A stretch of 49,909 nucleotides of DNA, from positions 1-49,909 of IMG/VR virus record IMGVR_UViG_3300028837_003833. One strand, written 5' to 3'. The notes below the pieces were generated by a model. The model worked only from the letters and a program-made list of their open reading frames with translations, was not told where the DNA came from and made no database searches. The translations under genes and the position numbers were made by a program. Below, one piece after another: positions 37,001 to 46,726 of this stretch. The DNA comes from a virus. Every line of letters begins with the position of its first letter. Within the stretch, counting starts at the first letter, position 1.

Positions 37001-38741
37001 TAAGTTGAGGATCAGGCCATGTATAAAATTTACGAGTATCTTCATATTCATTAATTAAGTTGCAACTAGCTCTCTGTTCACAAAGTTCAGTTTGAGTACC
37101 TATAGCTTTTATTATTGATTCTGAACCATCAGGGACAAGAACTCCTGTTCTATCTATTGAGATAGAATAGTCAGCCTCTGGAGCCTGAAGACCCGTATAA
37201 CCCATATTATAGATAAAAATATTGGTAGCTTCATCAGTAGTTAAAGTTCTTACAGGATCATTAACTTGAAATTGATCTGTATAAATACCACTTATGTAAA
37301 GATTATATTTATTAATTTTTAATTCTTTATAATTTACTTCATTTTCTTTTTTATAAAATTTAGAAGAGATAGTTTTTACCGTAGCCACACCATCAATAAT
37401 AACAATATGATCACCTTCTGTATAACCGTCCGGTATTGCCTTATTTTTTAAAACATATTCTTGAAAAGATGGTTTTTCTATTATCTTTGAATCAAATTGT
37501 TTAAAGTAGTTGTCAGTAACCTCTTCTGGAGCTATATAAAATTGAAAACTTCTGGTGTATATATCTGCTTTAAAAGTAATTTCATTACCTACAGCTAAAT
37601 CCAAAATGTCTATTCTAAATTCACCTAAATAATCTCGAGTGTATGCCAAAGTATCCGTATTATAAACTATAAGACTACCATCAGATAATTCTATAAGCTC
37701 TTCATCAGGATAAATGTCAACTATCGTTCCGGAATATTCCCATGTAGTATCAATGATATCAGATGATGTTGCAGAATCTTTTGTAGCATAATATCTAATG
37801 TCATCTCCTACTTCAAATACTGTTGGAAGAACGACCCTGTCACCGTCCACATCCCTGATATATAAAATAGTGCTAGAATTGTAAACAAGGATAGTACCAT
37901 CAATAAGATAAAATGTACCGGCATCATAATCCACTGAAAGAATGACTCCGGATGTCCATGTCTCTTCTGAGTCCTCCTGATCATACTTATAAATCTTAGT
38001 CCCAAGAAGGGTGATCCGATAAATAAAGGATGTTCCATAAACCTCATACTCCATAGTTTGGGTGATATATGAAGGTATACATCTTCCATTTTTATTAATA
38101 AATTCATCCGTCCATATTAACCTTGTATTATAGATGACATGAGCAGGTTTTATTAAATCAATGAAAAATTTTATATTCTCAAGCATCAATCCTACAGCAG
38201 TAGAGGAATTAGCTTCATCCATAAGTATATCAAAAAACATTTTATTAGTGTCTTTTAGAGTATATGCAGAATATTCTTGTCGAAGATTTAAATAAACCTC
38301 TTTTAAGATAACAGGTAATCCTAAAATATCCGATATGGAAGATTCGATATTATCTCTTCGACTACCATTGAAATATGCATTTCGTACTTTTGTTAAAAAA
38401 TTTCGATAAGATGTATCATCAAGACTTTCATTTATTGCTTTTTCACCAAGAAAAAGAGAATCGCCAAGTATCTGAAAAAGATATTCTGCTTTAGTCTCAA
38501 AATGAAATTTACTTTCATTAACATCAGAGCTGGATATCTGTAATCTGGCAAACTCTTTGGCTACAGATCTAAAAAACTCACCTAAGTTTGTATTTTGATT
38601 TTTTGGATAATTGCTAGATAAATTATCCAACATTCTTTGTTGAATATTTCGAGTAAGATTCAATAAACTCTTTTGATATTCTATACCAGATTTGAATCTT
38701 TGCGCTGAAGGTTTATATATAGTTTCAAGAGATGATATCAT
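34074..38741 (-). CDS. Large baseplate wedge-like structural protein (1555 aa)
   Basis: N-terminal 'DTSYRNFL..VRNAYFNGS' and 'IDLIKPAHV' resemble P2 gpI-like wedge proteins. Internal duplicated modules: DGxxxVYNxxTxxYxRD twice and P..G.V..NFLPP.NT....DYY twice. Confidence 0.65.
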   Translation of the reverse strand: MISSLETIYKPSAQRFKSGIEYQKSLLNLTRNIQQRMLDNLSSNYPKNQNTNLGEFFRSVAKEFARLQISSSDVNESKFHFETKAEYLFQILGDSLFLGEKAINESLDDTSYRNFLTKVRNAYFNGSRRDNIESSISDILGLPVILKEVYLNLRQEYSAYTLKDTNKMFFDILMDEANSSTAVGLMLENIKFFIDLIKPAHVIYNTRLIWTDEFINKNGRCIPSYITQTMEYEVYGTSFIYRITLLGTKIYKYDQEDSEETWTSGVILSVDYDAGTFYLIDGTILVYNSSTILYIRDVDGDRVVLPTVFEVGDDIRYYATKDSATSSDIIDTTWEYSGTIVDIYPDEELIELSDGSLIVYNTDTLAYTRDYLGEFRIDILDLAVGNEITFKADIYTRSFQFYIAPEEVTDNYFKQFDSKIIEKPSFQEYVLKNKAIPDGYTEGDHIVIIDGVATVKTISSKFYKKENEVNYKELKINKYNLYISGIYTDQFQVNDPVRTLTTDEATNIFIYNMGYTGLQAPEADYSISIDRTGVLVPDGSESIIKAIGTQTELCEQRASCNLINEYEDTRKFYTWPDPQLTSGFFNTTYEFEVVDPPEGAFDVGAWYYLSSDPNTYTMPLLPMLGSDGKPAEISDIVVYLNGRLISNAVTYLDPWNGIVGLNFLPPFNTKLRIDYYFAKRYPDPVYYLRQIRAEIPTPIPGDLPGIFTVIGTDSIVPRLTWPFEVTNNALYGDSLDYQTNNFPMLNQMGELAAAEDIIVSLGSPIVNGTLRVINLDTDNEESTLQSIGLSWAGVTNGDMIIIAITNYLDNTHIYYVESIDTVLNTCIVPNLLPTLGAEYSYTIINFVDQPGAVTDVRPLLGHVRINFLPPVNTYIKFDYYYTSQKRNYLMLPDAPVVTGSEYYGSSSYTPDTIYSSVNKHTMLVDQNPDEWNKPYWEWDTLLKIGYRYRAFSLSSSSVLNSESLILNDYQRQDGRASFNNGPSNISRYGLIFSPEYLTDTDKNIKLNDKYLTKNLPAVTTLNPGTPIFAKTYTDDGHHKTFLLPEETDTYDPDYDGGMDLSASFTIIEPDDSGIIDYNAICDFTTKEKINLYSDLKIVEHSNSGYDAPLATIDDAKTSIPFRFTYIDQYFPDREIRINDYLDYINQVPTEIRYGDIMVLNGSDIVKSETVNFKSLNIGDVLSIKNVPFQEWVKELGYIGPPDPDHGSWETVYKDLEYTLIEIIDFETGRFSKPYDGTSGEYSYVLTRSKTYAVDVGLAGGYGETGCIYGNVNRQLFLGFSGYNYSLTEEQVSHYPLDYYLSFPDPDPDPYPRNPDNPWISHPAVSYYDIESYLIDGKTYITNRSKGVTGIVLTSNIIDAEGNSIGCTGIVGVTGPSGSLNLGITGPVEYANPRTLDDYDVYTIPSGDTGIYISYSEAEYRVQWRNFDQDMIIVNLTPSGILIEDPLNMMDDIGDNIFMGFWNVNLGTLRELRFSGSLITSTETIYDSQPATLYPEGLILLTMDQVDAIRRSANPVVDYPDWGLSDTNYKINKLLIRELMHDELFRIIEVQQLIPI

Positions 38742-38746
38742 TTTTA

Positions 38747-39388
38747 TTAACCTCTATCCAGTAAAAACGCAGGAACACTCTGTCCCTCAGCTCCATCCAT
38801 ACCTGTAGTCCCTTTAACAACAGAAGAGATCATACCTGTATACCCTATAATCCCAGTGAGACCCTGTAATCCTGTTATACCGACTTTACCGGTTTCACCA
38901 TATATACCTGTGATGCCCTTATAACCCTCTTCTCCTTTATCTCCTCGAAGAGTATAGTTACCATATCCTGCATAAACTTCTATATCATTCTTTGTGATAA
39001 CTTTAAATGATTTGAGATCAGTACTACCATCTTGTTGCAATTTTACCAAAACGAGAGGAATTTTACCAGACAGGTTTTCAAAAATTTTTACATCACCAAA
39101 ACTCTTTTTGTTATAGGTAATACTTGGAAGTACTTCAAGTTGCTTTGAGGGATTAAGAGCTATAAGTACATATAAGATGTCATTATAATTGTTGAATAAT
39201 CTTCTCGAAGTACTCAGGATATATTGAGATATTAATTGCTGAATATCTATTCTCAAGTTATTGAGAACTACCCATTTATTCTCAACAATAACTGAACCAC
39301 CCTTTATGAACACGACATTCTCACCATGTTCACGGGTATCTTTCAATGAAGCTGAAAAATCATTTTTATTCTTTGATTTAAATGCCAT
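38747..39388 (-). CDS. Collagen-like (G-X-T/G-X-Y) virion protein (213 aa)
   Basis: GDK GEE GYK GIT GIY GET GKV GIT GLQ GLT GII GYT; N-domain paralogous to the 39431 and 47389 genes. Confidence 0.8.
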   Translation of the reverse strand: MAFKSKNKNDFSASLKDTREHGENVVFIKGGSVIVENKWVVLNNLRIDIQQLISQYILSTSRRLFNNYNDILYVLIALNPSKQLEVLPSITYNKKSFGDVKIFENLSGKIPLVLVKLQQDGSTDLKSFKVITKNDIEVYAGYGNYTLRGDKGEEGYKGITGIYGETGKVGITGLQGLTGIIGYTGMISSVVKGTTGMDGAEGQSVPAFLLDRG

Positions 39389-39430
39389 GCTATGCTAATT
39401 TTATTAGTAGATTATCGTTTAGTTTTTAAT

Positions 39431-40078
39431 TTAGAGCAATATCTCAAACGGTACATAGATATCCCAATTTATACCTGTCATACCCCTAAGACCTGTATCA
39501 CCCCTTATAAGACCTATAGTCGGACCTATATATCCTGTTGGACCCTGACGTCCCGTTGTCCCTTGATATCCATTTATTCCGGTTTCACCTCTCCAGCCAG
39601 TTTCACCATGGATGATACTATCCTCACCAACTACTCCTTTTAAATCTTTATCTATGATATTACCTGTAGCAGAGAAATAGATAAGATTCTCATTTTTTAT
39701 AGGCTTAAATCCAAGTACCAAATCCCGAGTACCATCCTGGATAAGTATTAACCCTATAAGAGGAAGAGCAGTAAAAGACTCGGGTGTTGGGACAGCTTGA
39801 AGGGTAGTAAATAGAATATGCTTTCCTTCAATTACCATAATACCTTCATTAAGATCAAGGCACACCAAAAGATAGACAGCATAATTTCTATCTTTAAAAA
39901 ATCGAGTTCTATTTCCGACTACCACACTCGATATATAGTCTTTTACTTTAAATATTGTCCCTGCAAAACTTACCCAAGTATTATCTATAATAAAAGATCC
40001 TGCATTAATTCTTACAGAATCATTAGATAATATGGGAACTGTTCCAGCGGAAACTTTTTCTGATTTTGGCTTTAACAT
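39431..40078 (-). CDS. Collagen-like virion protein (215 aa)
   Basis: GET GWR GET GIN GYQ GTT GRQ GPT GYI GPT; shared N-domain (GSFIIDNTWV...PLIGLILIQDG). Confidence 0.8.
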   Translation of the reverse strand: MLKPKSEKVSAGTVPILSNDSVRINAGSFIIDNTWVSFAGTIFKVKDYISSVVVGNRTRFFKDRNYAVYLLVCLDLNEGIMVIEGKHILFTTLQAVPTPESFTALPLIGLILIQDGTRDLVLGFKPIKNENLIYFSATGNIIDKDLKGVVGEDSIIHGETGWRGETGINGYQGTTGRQGPTGYIGPTIGLIRGDTGLRGMTGINWDIYVPFEILL

Positions 40079-40117
40079 AATAAACCTTTTAACTACAAAA
40101 TTTAAAATATAAGATTA

Positions 40118-41965
40118 TTAATCAAAAATCAGAGTAGGGCCCCGAGTTCTCGTGAAGCCCCCTCCAGTATTGATACCTAATAAGGGAGGAAGAGTTACAA
40201 CAATATATCCAAGTTTAATTTCAGTATCACTAAAAGGACCTTTAGTGGCAACTAAAGTTACAGTATAACTTCCTGGACTTGTATAGATATGGGTGGGATT
40301 CTGAACAGAACTGTGAGGAGAACCGTCTCCAAAATCCCAATTCCATGATGTAGGTTCACCCGTAGACAAATCTGTAAAATTTACTATAAGATTCACGATA
40401 CCAGATAATGGATACCCTATAAAATCTGCTATCAAGGTAGCACCTTTATCGAGTGCTCCTAAATCAGGCGGATCACCTCTAAGAACACCTATTAAATCAT
40501 AAGGTGGTGTTTCTGGTCGAGTAATACCTACACCTATACAGGGACTACCATCCTGTAATTCATAAGGTACTGGAAGTGTTCCTGTATATAAAGGATCAAC
40601 TGATGTCTCTGTTGCAGTGGGAGATTCTTCAACAGAGTTTACTTCATAATAATAATCACTGGAATTATTATGATCATGAATAAACTTACCCAAATTTCCT
40701 GGGATAGCTAAATATAAATAAAATTCTATCCCATCTACGGAATTGTCAACATTATTAAATAGCATTAAATTAGTAATAATAGCTCCACTACTATCATCTA
40801 TATATCCTGAAAGCATATATCTTAAACAATCATAAAAAGTATTATTAACTATAATTATATCAATAGGAGTAGTATCACTATAATCTATGTACATTGCAGC
40901 ATATCCAGATCTATCTTTAAATACATTATTAAAAATTCTTACTGGATATGCCGTATCATAAACATATATGGCATAACTTGTTCCCGTATCAAATATATTA
41001 TTACTTATTTCAGAGGAAGCCGTTGATGTATCTGTTATATATGCTATAGCTCTAGAATTTGTAAAAGTACAATCAGTAACTAAGGTAGGATTAATAGTTA
41101 TAAAAGTACCTAATAGTGAACCAGATATATTTAATGAAATCAAATTTAATTCATCAAAATTATTATTTCCAAGGGTCCATATATTTGTACTTACATAATT
41201 AGTTACTGTACTATTATTATGACTAATATCACTAGGTATATTATCTGCGCTATTGTATGTAAGAGGTTCAGTTATATCATTTACTAAATAAATTGTATCG
41301 TTATTAAATGCTATATCAGGATTTGCAGGATTTGATACTATCTCCATAGATGTTACTAACATATTATTGATAGAATTAACCTCATTTGTACTAAATCTAT
41401 AAGGAAAACTTCCTGCAGTAAATAATTCGTTCCAGCTACTAAATCCATGCGTATCAACATAAATAGATACACCATTGAGTAAAAGTTCCATAGTAGTAGC
41501 AGATACTCTAAAGGTATAAGTTCTGGAAACACCCGAGGTGAATTTAGTAAATGTTGTAATAGCTATACCATTTTTCTTTATTTCACAAGTATAAGTTACA
41601 GTAGGATCAGAAATAAGCGGATGACTAGATGTAATAACAAAAGCATAGTTTCCTATTATAATATCAGTAGGTCCAAGGTTAGTACCTACTGGTAGTATCC
41701 AAAAACCAGGAGCAAGTTCAATTAGTATAATATCATATTGAGTTATAATAGTATTAAAATCTACATGTTGACTTAATATAGGAAATGGTGGTGTATGAGA
41801 TTCCAATGTAGATATAACATATGAAGAACTGACTAAATGATTTAAGAACCTATAATTATTACCACTAAGATGCTTAGTCAAACGAGTTAAAGATTGAGCA
41901 CCTTTAGCTTCGGTATCATAAGGATAGGTCTCAGTTCCAGAATTATTTATGTAATATGCTGCCAT
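40118..41965 (-). CDS. Parallel beta-helix + PKD domain protein (615 aa)
   Basis: ISNNIF / IFNNVF / IVNNTF repeats, LQDGSPCIGVG...DLGA, PKD FTDLSTGEPTSWNWDFGDG...NPTHIY..PGSYTVTL. Confidence 0.85.
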   Translation of the reverse strand: MAAYYINNSGTETYPYDTEAKGAQSLTRLTKHLSGNNYRFLNHLVSSSYVISTLESHTPPFPILSQHVDFNTIITQYDIILIELAPGFWILPVGTNLGPTDIIIGNYAFVITSSHPLISDPTVTYTCEIKKNGIAITTFTKFTSGVSRTYTFRVSATTMELLLNGVSIYVDTHGFSSWNELFTAGSFPYRFSTNEVNSINNMLVTSMEIVSNPANPDIAFNNDTIYLVNDITEPLTYNSADNIPSDISHNNSTVTNYVSTNIWTLGNNNFDELNLISLNISGSLLGTFITINPTLVTDCTFTNSRAIAYITDTSTASSEISNNIFDTGTSYAIYVYDTAYPVRIFNNVFKDRSGYAAMYIDYSDTTPIDIIIVNNTFYDCLRYMLSGYIDDSSGAIITNLMLFNNVDNSVDGIEFYLYLAIPGNLGKFIHDHNNSSDYYYEVNSVEESPTATETSVDPLYTGTLPVPYELQDGSPCIGVGITRPETPPYDLIGVLRGDPPDLGALDKGATLIADFIGYPLSGIVNLIVNFTDLSTGEPTSWNWDFGDGSPHSSVQNPTHIYTSPGSYTVTLVATKGPFSDTEIKLGYIVVTLPPLLGINTGGGFTRTRGPTLIFD

Positions 41966-41986
41966 CTTATTCTCTTATCCAATTCT

Positions 41987-42295
41987 TCAATCAAAAATTA
42001 AGGATGGTCCTTTATCCCTTACAAAACCAGTACCAGTTTCCTCTAAAAAGATATTTATATAATGATCTTTAGTCATTATACTTTCTATAGAGCCTTCACG
42101 AATAATTAAGCTAACAGTATAAAGACCTTGACTAGTATATGTATGAAGAGGATTTTGAACCGTAGAATTAGGAGATCCATCACCAAAGACCCATTCCCAA
42201 GTAAAAGTTCCACCTGTAGATTGGTCAAAAAATTGAATCAGAGTATTTATATTCCCCGATAATGGATTAGCATAAAAATTAGCAAATAAAGACAA
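41987..42295 (-). CDS. Single PKD domain protein (102 aa, TTG start)
   Basis: FFDQSTGGTFTWEWVFGDG...QNPLHTY...GLYTVSL; C-terminal tag shared with the 615-aa protein. Confidence 0.8.
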   Translation of the reverse strand: MSLFANFYANPLSGNINTLIQFFDQSTGGTFTWEWVFGDGSPNSTVQNPLHTYTSQGLYTVSLIIREGSIESIMTKDHYINIFLEETGTGFVRDKGPSLIFD

Positions 42296-42337
42296 AATTA
42301 ATTCCTATTTTTAATCTCTTTGTAACAAACATTAAAC

Positions 42338-44719
42338 TTACATTTTTCGTAACTTAATACCTACGATCTCTTTAATAGTAGATACTGCCCCTTGTAAAAA
42401 CATATTCTTATCTGGTTCAGGAGCTATATCGTACGTTGCAGGTCCATTTACAATGATATACTCCGTTTTAACTACCGTCAGAATACTATCTGATCCAGAA
42501 GCAGTAAGAGTTACTGTATAATATCCTGGAGAAGAATAATAATGTACAGGATTTCTTTCTGTTGAATAAGATTCATCAGAATATAATTCATCACCAAAAT
42601 CCCAAAACCAAGTGTTAAAGTAGTCACTAGAGATATTCTCAAAAGTTACCGTTAAAAAAGAATTTCCTTCTGTTGGATGACCTATAAAATCTACTAAAAG
42701 TAAAATTGCCTGTATATAATCAATTCTTATTCTTGTAGCTTCTATAAAATTCCGAGTTTCAATCAAAGTAACCGTATATAAACCATTATCCTCATATATA
42801 TGAACAGGACTAAAATCTGAGGAATGTGCAGATCCATCTCCAAAATCCCAATCACGTGTTATTATCTGTGCATTCTCATCAGGCCATCCTGTTGTTTCAT
42901 TCGTGAAAGTTTCTGTAAGAGGAACATAATCACTTAAATTGTCAGCAGAAAATTCAGCCAATAGAAATTGAGGATACATACCTTCTCTCATTTTCCAGAT
43001 AGTCGGAAAGCTCCAACCAGTATATGTGGATTGAAGTTGCATTTGTGCTGTAGTTTTACCTGTCCCATGACCTGATGTTGCCTGTTCTGATGTCTCTATA
43101 TCCCAATAACAACTATTCACAGTTTCTCCATGATCAACAGCAAATCCATTTACTGCAGTTGGACCTGCATAATTAGTACCTCCAATATCCTGAGTGACTT
43201 TACCTATACTATAACAATTACTAACAACACTACTGACCCCGCCAAGATCTCCTGCGAAACCCCCAATAAAAGCGTAAGTATCTCCAGGAGAATTAAGCAG
43301 TACATCGCCAAGTGCATAACAATTTGAAAGACCAAGGCCATAATCTGTAAAGTCTCCAAAAAGTCCACCAAGATTACCTGCTTCTCCTTGAACATTACCA
43401 AAAGAAAAGCATTGATAAGCACTTCCACTATGGTCTGTGATAAACCCCGCTACTCGATAAATTCCTGCTGCATTTCCTATACTATAGCAATGATCAAAAT
43501 CTATCGCTGAAGTATACCCCGCAAAACCTCCTATTAGTTGAGAAAGTATTGATTGAGAAGATAAAGGAGTTTCTACATTTCCTGAAGAAAAACAATAACT
43601 CACTTTACCTCCATCAAAGGATTCTTTACCAATCATATATCCAGCAAAACCACCAACTTCAAAGGAACCTTTTGAAACAGAGACAAATCCAGTAGAATAA
43701 CAGTAACTAAATTCATATTCTGGGAATACACTAGCATACCCTAAAAAACCCCCAATCATTTGACAACTGTCATTCTCGTGGGTGATTACAACATTTCCTG
43801 TTGAAAAACATCTTGTCATAGTATTACGTAAGAAATACCCAACAAAACCTCCTATTTGATAAAAAATTCCTGAAAGATTTAAATTTCCAGTAGAAGAACA
43901 ATTATCAAAAGTATCATAAAAAGTACGTCCAGCAAAACCACCAAGAACAGCAACCTCAGCAAAGCTAACATCAGGAGCAACAACCGTAATTTCAATAGAT
44001 GTTGAACAATCTTCATAAGTATTATTACTAGTTTGTCCAACAAAACCACCTATATTACTGGGTTTTCCATTCAAAATAAGAGTACCCGAAGCATGACAAT
44101 TAGATATAATTTCTAAATCGCTAACATTACCTCCTATTCCTCCTATTCTATTACCATCTTTACCTCTTATTTCTAATGTACTTGTACAATTTTTTATATA
44201 ACCACCTCTTATTAAACCAACAATACCCCCATTATCTTCACTATATATATCAGTACAATAAAATTCTAAGTTAACACTACAATTATCTATATATGAAATT
44301 TGAGCCTCAGAAATAATCCCAGCTAAATTACTCCAAGATTGTATATACCCTGTAACACTACAATTTGTAAATGTAACTTCCGTATTACTTTTTGCCACTA
44401 TTCCTGATGCCCATTTATTCGAAATAACTGAAATATTTTCCATAGCTAAATCATGTATATAAGCTCCCTCTGCATATTCAAATAATGCTTGATATGTATC
44501 AAGAGGTCTATTAATATAAAAATTAGAAATAACAAAACCAGCACCATTTAAACTTCCGGTAAACGATGCAATAGGAATAAAACCTGCCCCACCATTCCAT
44601 CCCATTGTAGCAGAAGCATCTATGTCATTAGCTAACTCATAATCACCATCAATAGGCCATGAGGGTCCACTCCCTATAAGTTGTAATTCTGATATAGTAC
44701 TTATGTATATTGTTGCCAT
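42338..44719 (-). CDS. GLUG-repeat + two PKD domain protein (793 aa)
   Basis: YELANDIDAS...GFIPI..FTGSLNGAG N-cap, many IGGF(V/A)G...C(Y/F)SxGNV repeats, YWDIETS...GKTTAQMQ, two WDFGD PKD domains. Confidence 0.88.
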   Translation of the reverse strand: MATIYISTISELQLIGSGPSWPIDGDYELANDIDASATMGWNGGAGFIPIASFTGSLNGAGFVISNFYINRPLDTYQALFEYAEGAYIHDLAMENISVISNKWASGIVAKSNTEVTFTNCSVTGYIQSWSNLAGIISEAQISYIDNCSVNLEFYCTDIYSEDNGGIVGLIRGGYIKNCTSTLEIRGKDGNRIGGIGGNVSDLEIISNCHASGTLILNGKPSNIGGFVGQTSNNTYEDCSTSIEITVVAPDVSFAEVAVLGGFAGRTFYDTFDNCSSTGNLNLSGIFYQIGGFVGYFLRNTMTRCFSTGNVVITHENDSCQMIGGFLGYASVFPEYEFSYCYSTGFVSVSKGSFEVGGFAGYMIGKESFDGGKVSYCFSSGNVETPLSSQSILSQLIGGFAGYTSAIDFDHCYSIGNAAGIYRVAGFITDHSGSAYQCFSFGNVQGEAGNLGGLFGDFTDYGLGLSNCYALGDVLLNSPGDTYAFIGGFAGDLGGVSSVVSNCYSIGKVTQDIGGTNYAGPTAVNGFAVDHGETVNSCYWDIETSEQATSGHGTGKTTAQMQLQSTYTGWSFPTIWKMREGMYPQFLLAEFSADNLSDYVPLTETFTNETTGWPDENAQIITRDWDFGDGSAHSSDFSPVHIYEDNGLYTVTLIETRNFIEATRIRIDYIQAILLLVDFIGHPTEGNSFLTVTFENISSDYFNTWFWDFGDELYSDESYSTERNPVHYYSSPGYYTVTLTASGSDSILTVVKTEYIIVNGPATYDIAPEPDKNMFLQGAVSTIKEIVGIKLRKM

Positions 44720-44745
44720 TTTCTACTCAATTTTAAATAGTGATG

Positions 44746-46083
44746 TTATATCAAATGTTTTCTTATCTTTATCCCAGTAACCTCTTTACTTAGAATTCCC
44801 AATCCTCGTAGATACATTGTTTTGTCCGGTTCAGGAGCTATATCATACGTCGCAGGACCATTTACGAATATATAATCTGTCTTAGTCTCAGTAATAGTAC
44901 CACTTAGTCCAGAAGCCGTGAGTGATACAGTAAAGTATCCTGGATAAGAATAATAATGTATAGGATCTCTTTCTATAGAATGATATCCATCTCCAAAATT
45001 CCAAGACCAGGTATCAAAAGAACCTATGGAAAGATTCTCAAAAGTTACCGTTAAAAAAGCATTTCCTTGTGTTGGGGAACCTCTAAAATCTACTATTAAT
45101 TCAGAAATCGCTTCATAAGCTCCTATACTTGGTGGGTCTGCATAAGGATACCCTAAAATATCATCAGTTAAAATGCCACCAATAAATGATCTACCAGCTA
45201 TATAACAAGGACTTGAAGTATCAATGGATAATGGGTTAGGTTCTACATTTAAATAGAGCGGGTCTGCTGCAATTTCAGTTACATCAGGAGCAACTACTGC
45301 ACCATTTAAAAAATAACTAAAATTTTGCGACACAGGACTACTATCAGGTATTTTACAAACGTTATTAGAGTGCACTATAGAAGAGGAAGGATATGCTATA
45401 ATTACATGTATTCCCCTATAAGTAGTTTGCATTACATTATTATATATTTCAAAAATTCCTATATTAGCATATTGTGGATTCATGAGTAAACTTATTGCAG
45501 TTCCTATACCCCTTATTGAATTACCCACAATTCTAACAGTAATTGGGAACGTTGAGAGCTTATCTGGAAAGACCAATATTCCCATATATTTAAATCCAAT
45601 TAAAACACTACCTATAACTTGTACATCACACGGATCATAATTAGTATAACCATTCTGTAAAAGGGTCTCTCTTATACCTTTACCATCGATTCTACACTTT
45701 TCTATTAGCTTTGCATTTAAAAAAAGAGGATAAACAGATTGAGTTTCATTATCTGTATAAAAACCCAAATTTTTATAAATTGAACATTCAGCCCCAGCAT
45801 ATCCCATAAAGGTATTATTACTCATATTTATTATATCTACTAATGGATCTGTACCAATAATACTTGCCCCATAAATTTTATAAAAAGTAGTAGGAAAGAA
45901 AGGTGAAGCTACAGCTGGTTCTTCAATAAAACCATTAACATAAACAGTATCACTTTGAGTTAAGTTTGGTATTCCATAACTTTGTAAACTTACAAGTAAT
46001 GAATAAATTGATGTAGCAGCAGTTTCTCTACTATTAAATGGGTATGTATTAGATCCAGTAGCTTCTACATAATATGTTGCCAT
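44746..46083 (-). CDS. Beta-helix + PKD domain protein (445 aa)
   Basis: N-terminus like the 615-aa protein, SSPCYIAG...PSIGAYE, PKD WSWNFGDG; C-terminal tail shared with the 793-aa protein. Confidence 0.85.
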   Translation of the reverse strand: MATYYVEATGSNTYPFNSRETAATSIYSLLVSLQSYGIPNLTQSDTVYVNGFIEEPAVASPFFPTTFYKIYGASIIGTDPLVDIINMSNNTFMGYAGAECSIYKNLGFYTDNETQSVYPLFLNAKLIEKCRIDGKGIRETLLQNGYTNYDPCDVQVIGSVLIGFKYMGILVFPDKLSTFPITVRIVGNSIRGIGTAISLLMNPQYANIGIFEIYNNVMQTTYRGIHVIIAYPSSSIVHSNNVCKIPDSSPVSQNFSYFLNGAVVAPDVTEIAADPLYLNVEPNPLSIDTSSPCYIAGRSFIGGILTDDILGYPYADPPSIGAYEAISELIVDFRGSPTQGNAFLTVTFENLSIGSFDTWSWNFGDGYHSIERDPIHYYSYPGYFTVSLTASGLSGTITETKTDYIFVNGPATYDIAPEPDKTMYLRGLGILSKEVTGIKIRKHLI

Positions 46084-46123
46084 CTTACTATCCTATCCAA
46101 TTCCTCAATCTAAAATCTTTATT

Positions 46124-46699
46124 TTATATAAGACCTAAATAGGTCTCTAAATCAACACTATACGATCCATAATCAACATAATTATGCATAGGAGATGATC
46201 CAGTGGCTCCAAAAGTATCACCAAAATCCCATTGAAGACCTGTAAACTGTAATCCGGTAGGAGTTATATTTTCTTCTTCAAAATTTACAGATAGAGGTTT
46301 ATCACCGTACACTGGTGCTGCAGAAAAATCCGCCTTACCTAATATGATATGATTAGCAGTATAGCCACTTACATTGAACCATATAGAAGTATTATCTTTT
46401 ACTCGCAGAAACACTCTATGATATCCATAAGTACTATAGGTATGAGATGGATCAGGATCAGTACTGTTATCTCCATCTCCAAAATCCCAGTTATATGCTA
46501 TAGGAGGGCTCGATAATCCCGTCTCACCAAATAAGGCAGTGTCCCCTAATGATCCAGTCCACCCTATATAAACACCGGTTTCTCCATATGAAAGCCCTGT
46601 TACCCCAAAGCAAACATCTGCAGGAACTACGTCTATTAATGGAAAGCTCTTTAAAATAAATAGTCCACTGTCCGGATCTCTTTGCTTTATAGATATCAT
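46124..46699 (-). CDS. Two-PKD domain protein with short G-X-T insert (191 aa)
   Basis: YNWDFGDG...PSHTY and LQWDFGD...PMHNY; GVTG/GETG/GWTG repeats. Confidence 0.8.
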   Translation of the reverse strand: MISIKQRDPDSGLFILKSFPLIDVVPADVCFGVTGLSYGETGVYIGWTGSLGDTALFGETGLSSPPIAYNWDFGDGDNSTDPDPSHTYSTYGYHRVFLRVKDNTSIWFNVSGYTANHIILGKADFSAAPVYGDKPLSVNFEEENITPTGLQFTGLQWDFGDTFGATGSSPMHNYVDYGSYSVDLETYLGLI

Positions 46700-46726
46700 A
46701 ATGGTTTGCCCTGTACTTTAAACTTT

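Noticed and set aside
42338-45100. Diversity-generating retroelement template/variable repeat pair
   Set aside because: Both repeat copies are in coding PKD tails, differences are not restricted to adenines, and no reverse transcriptase is present in the window.
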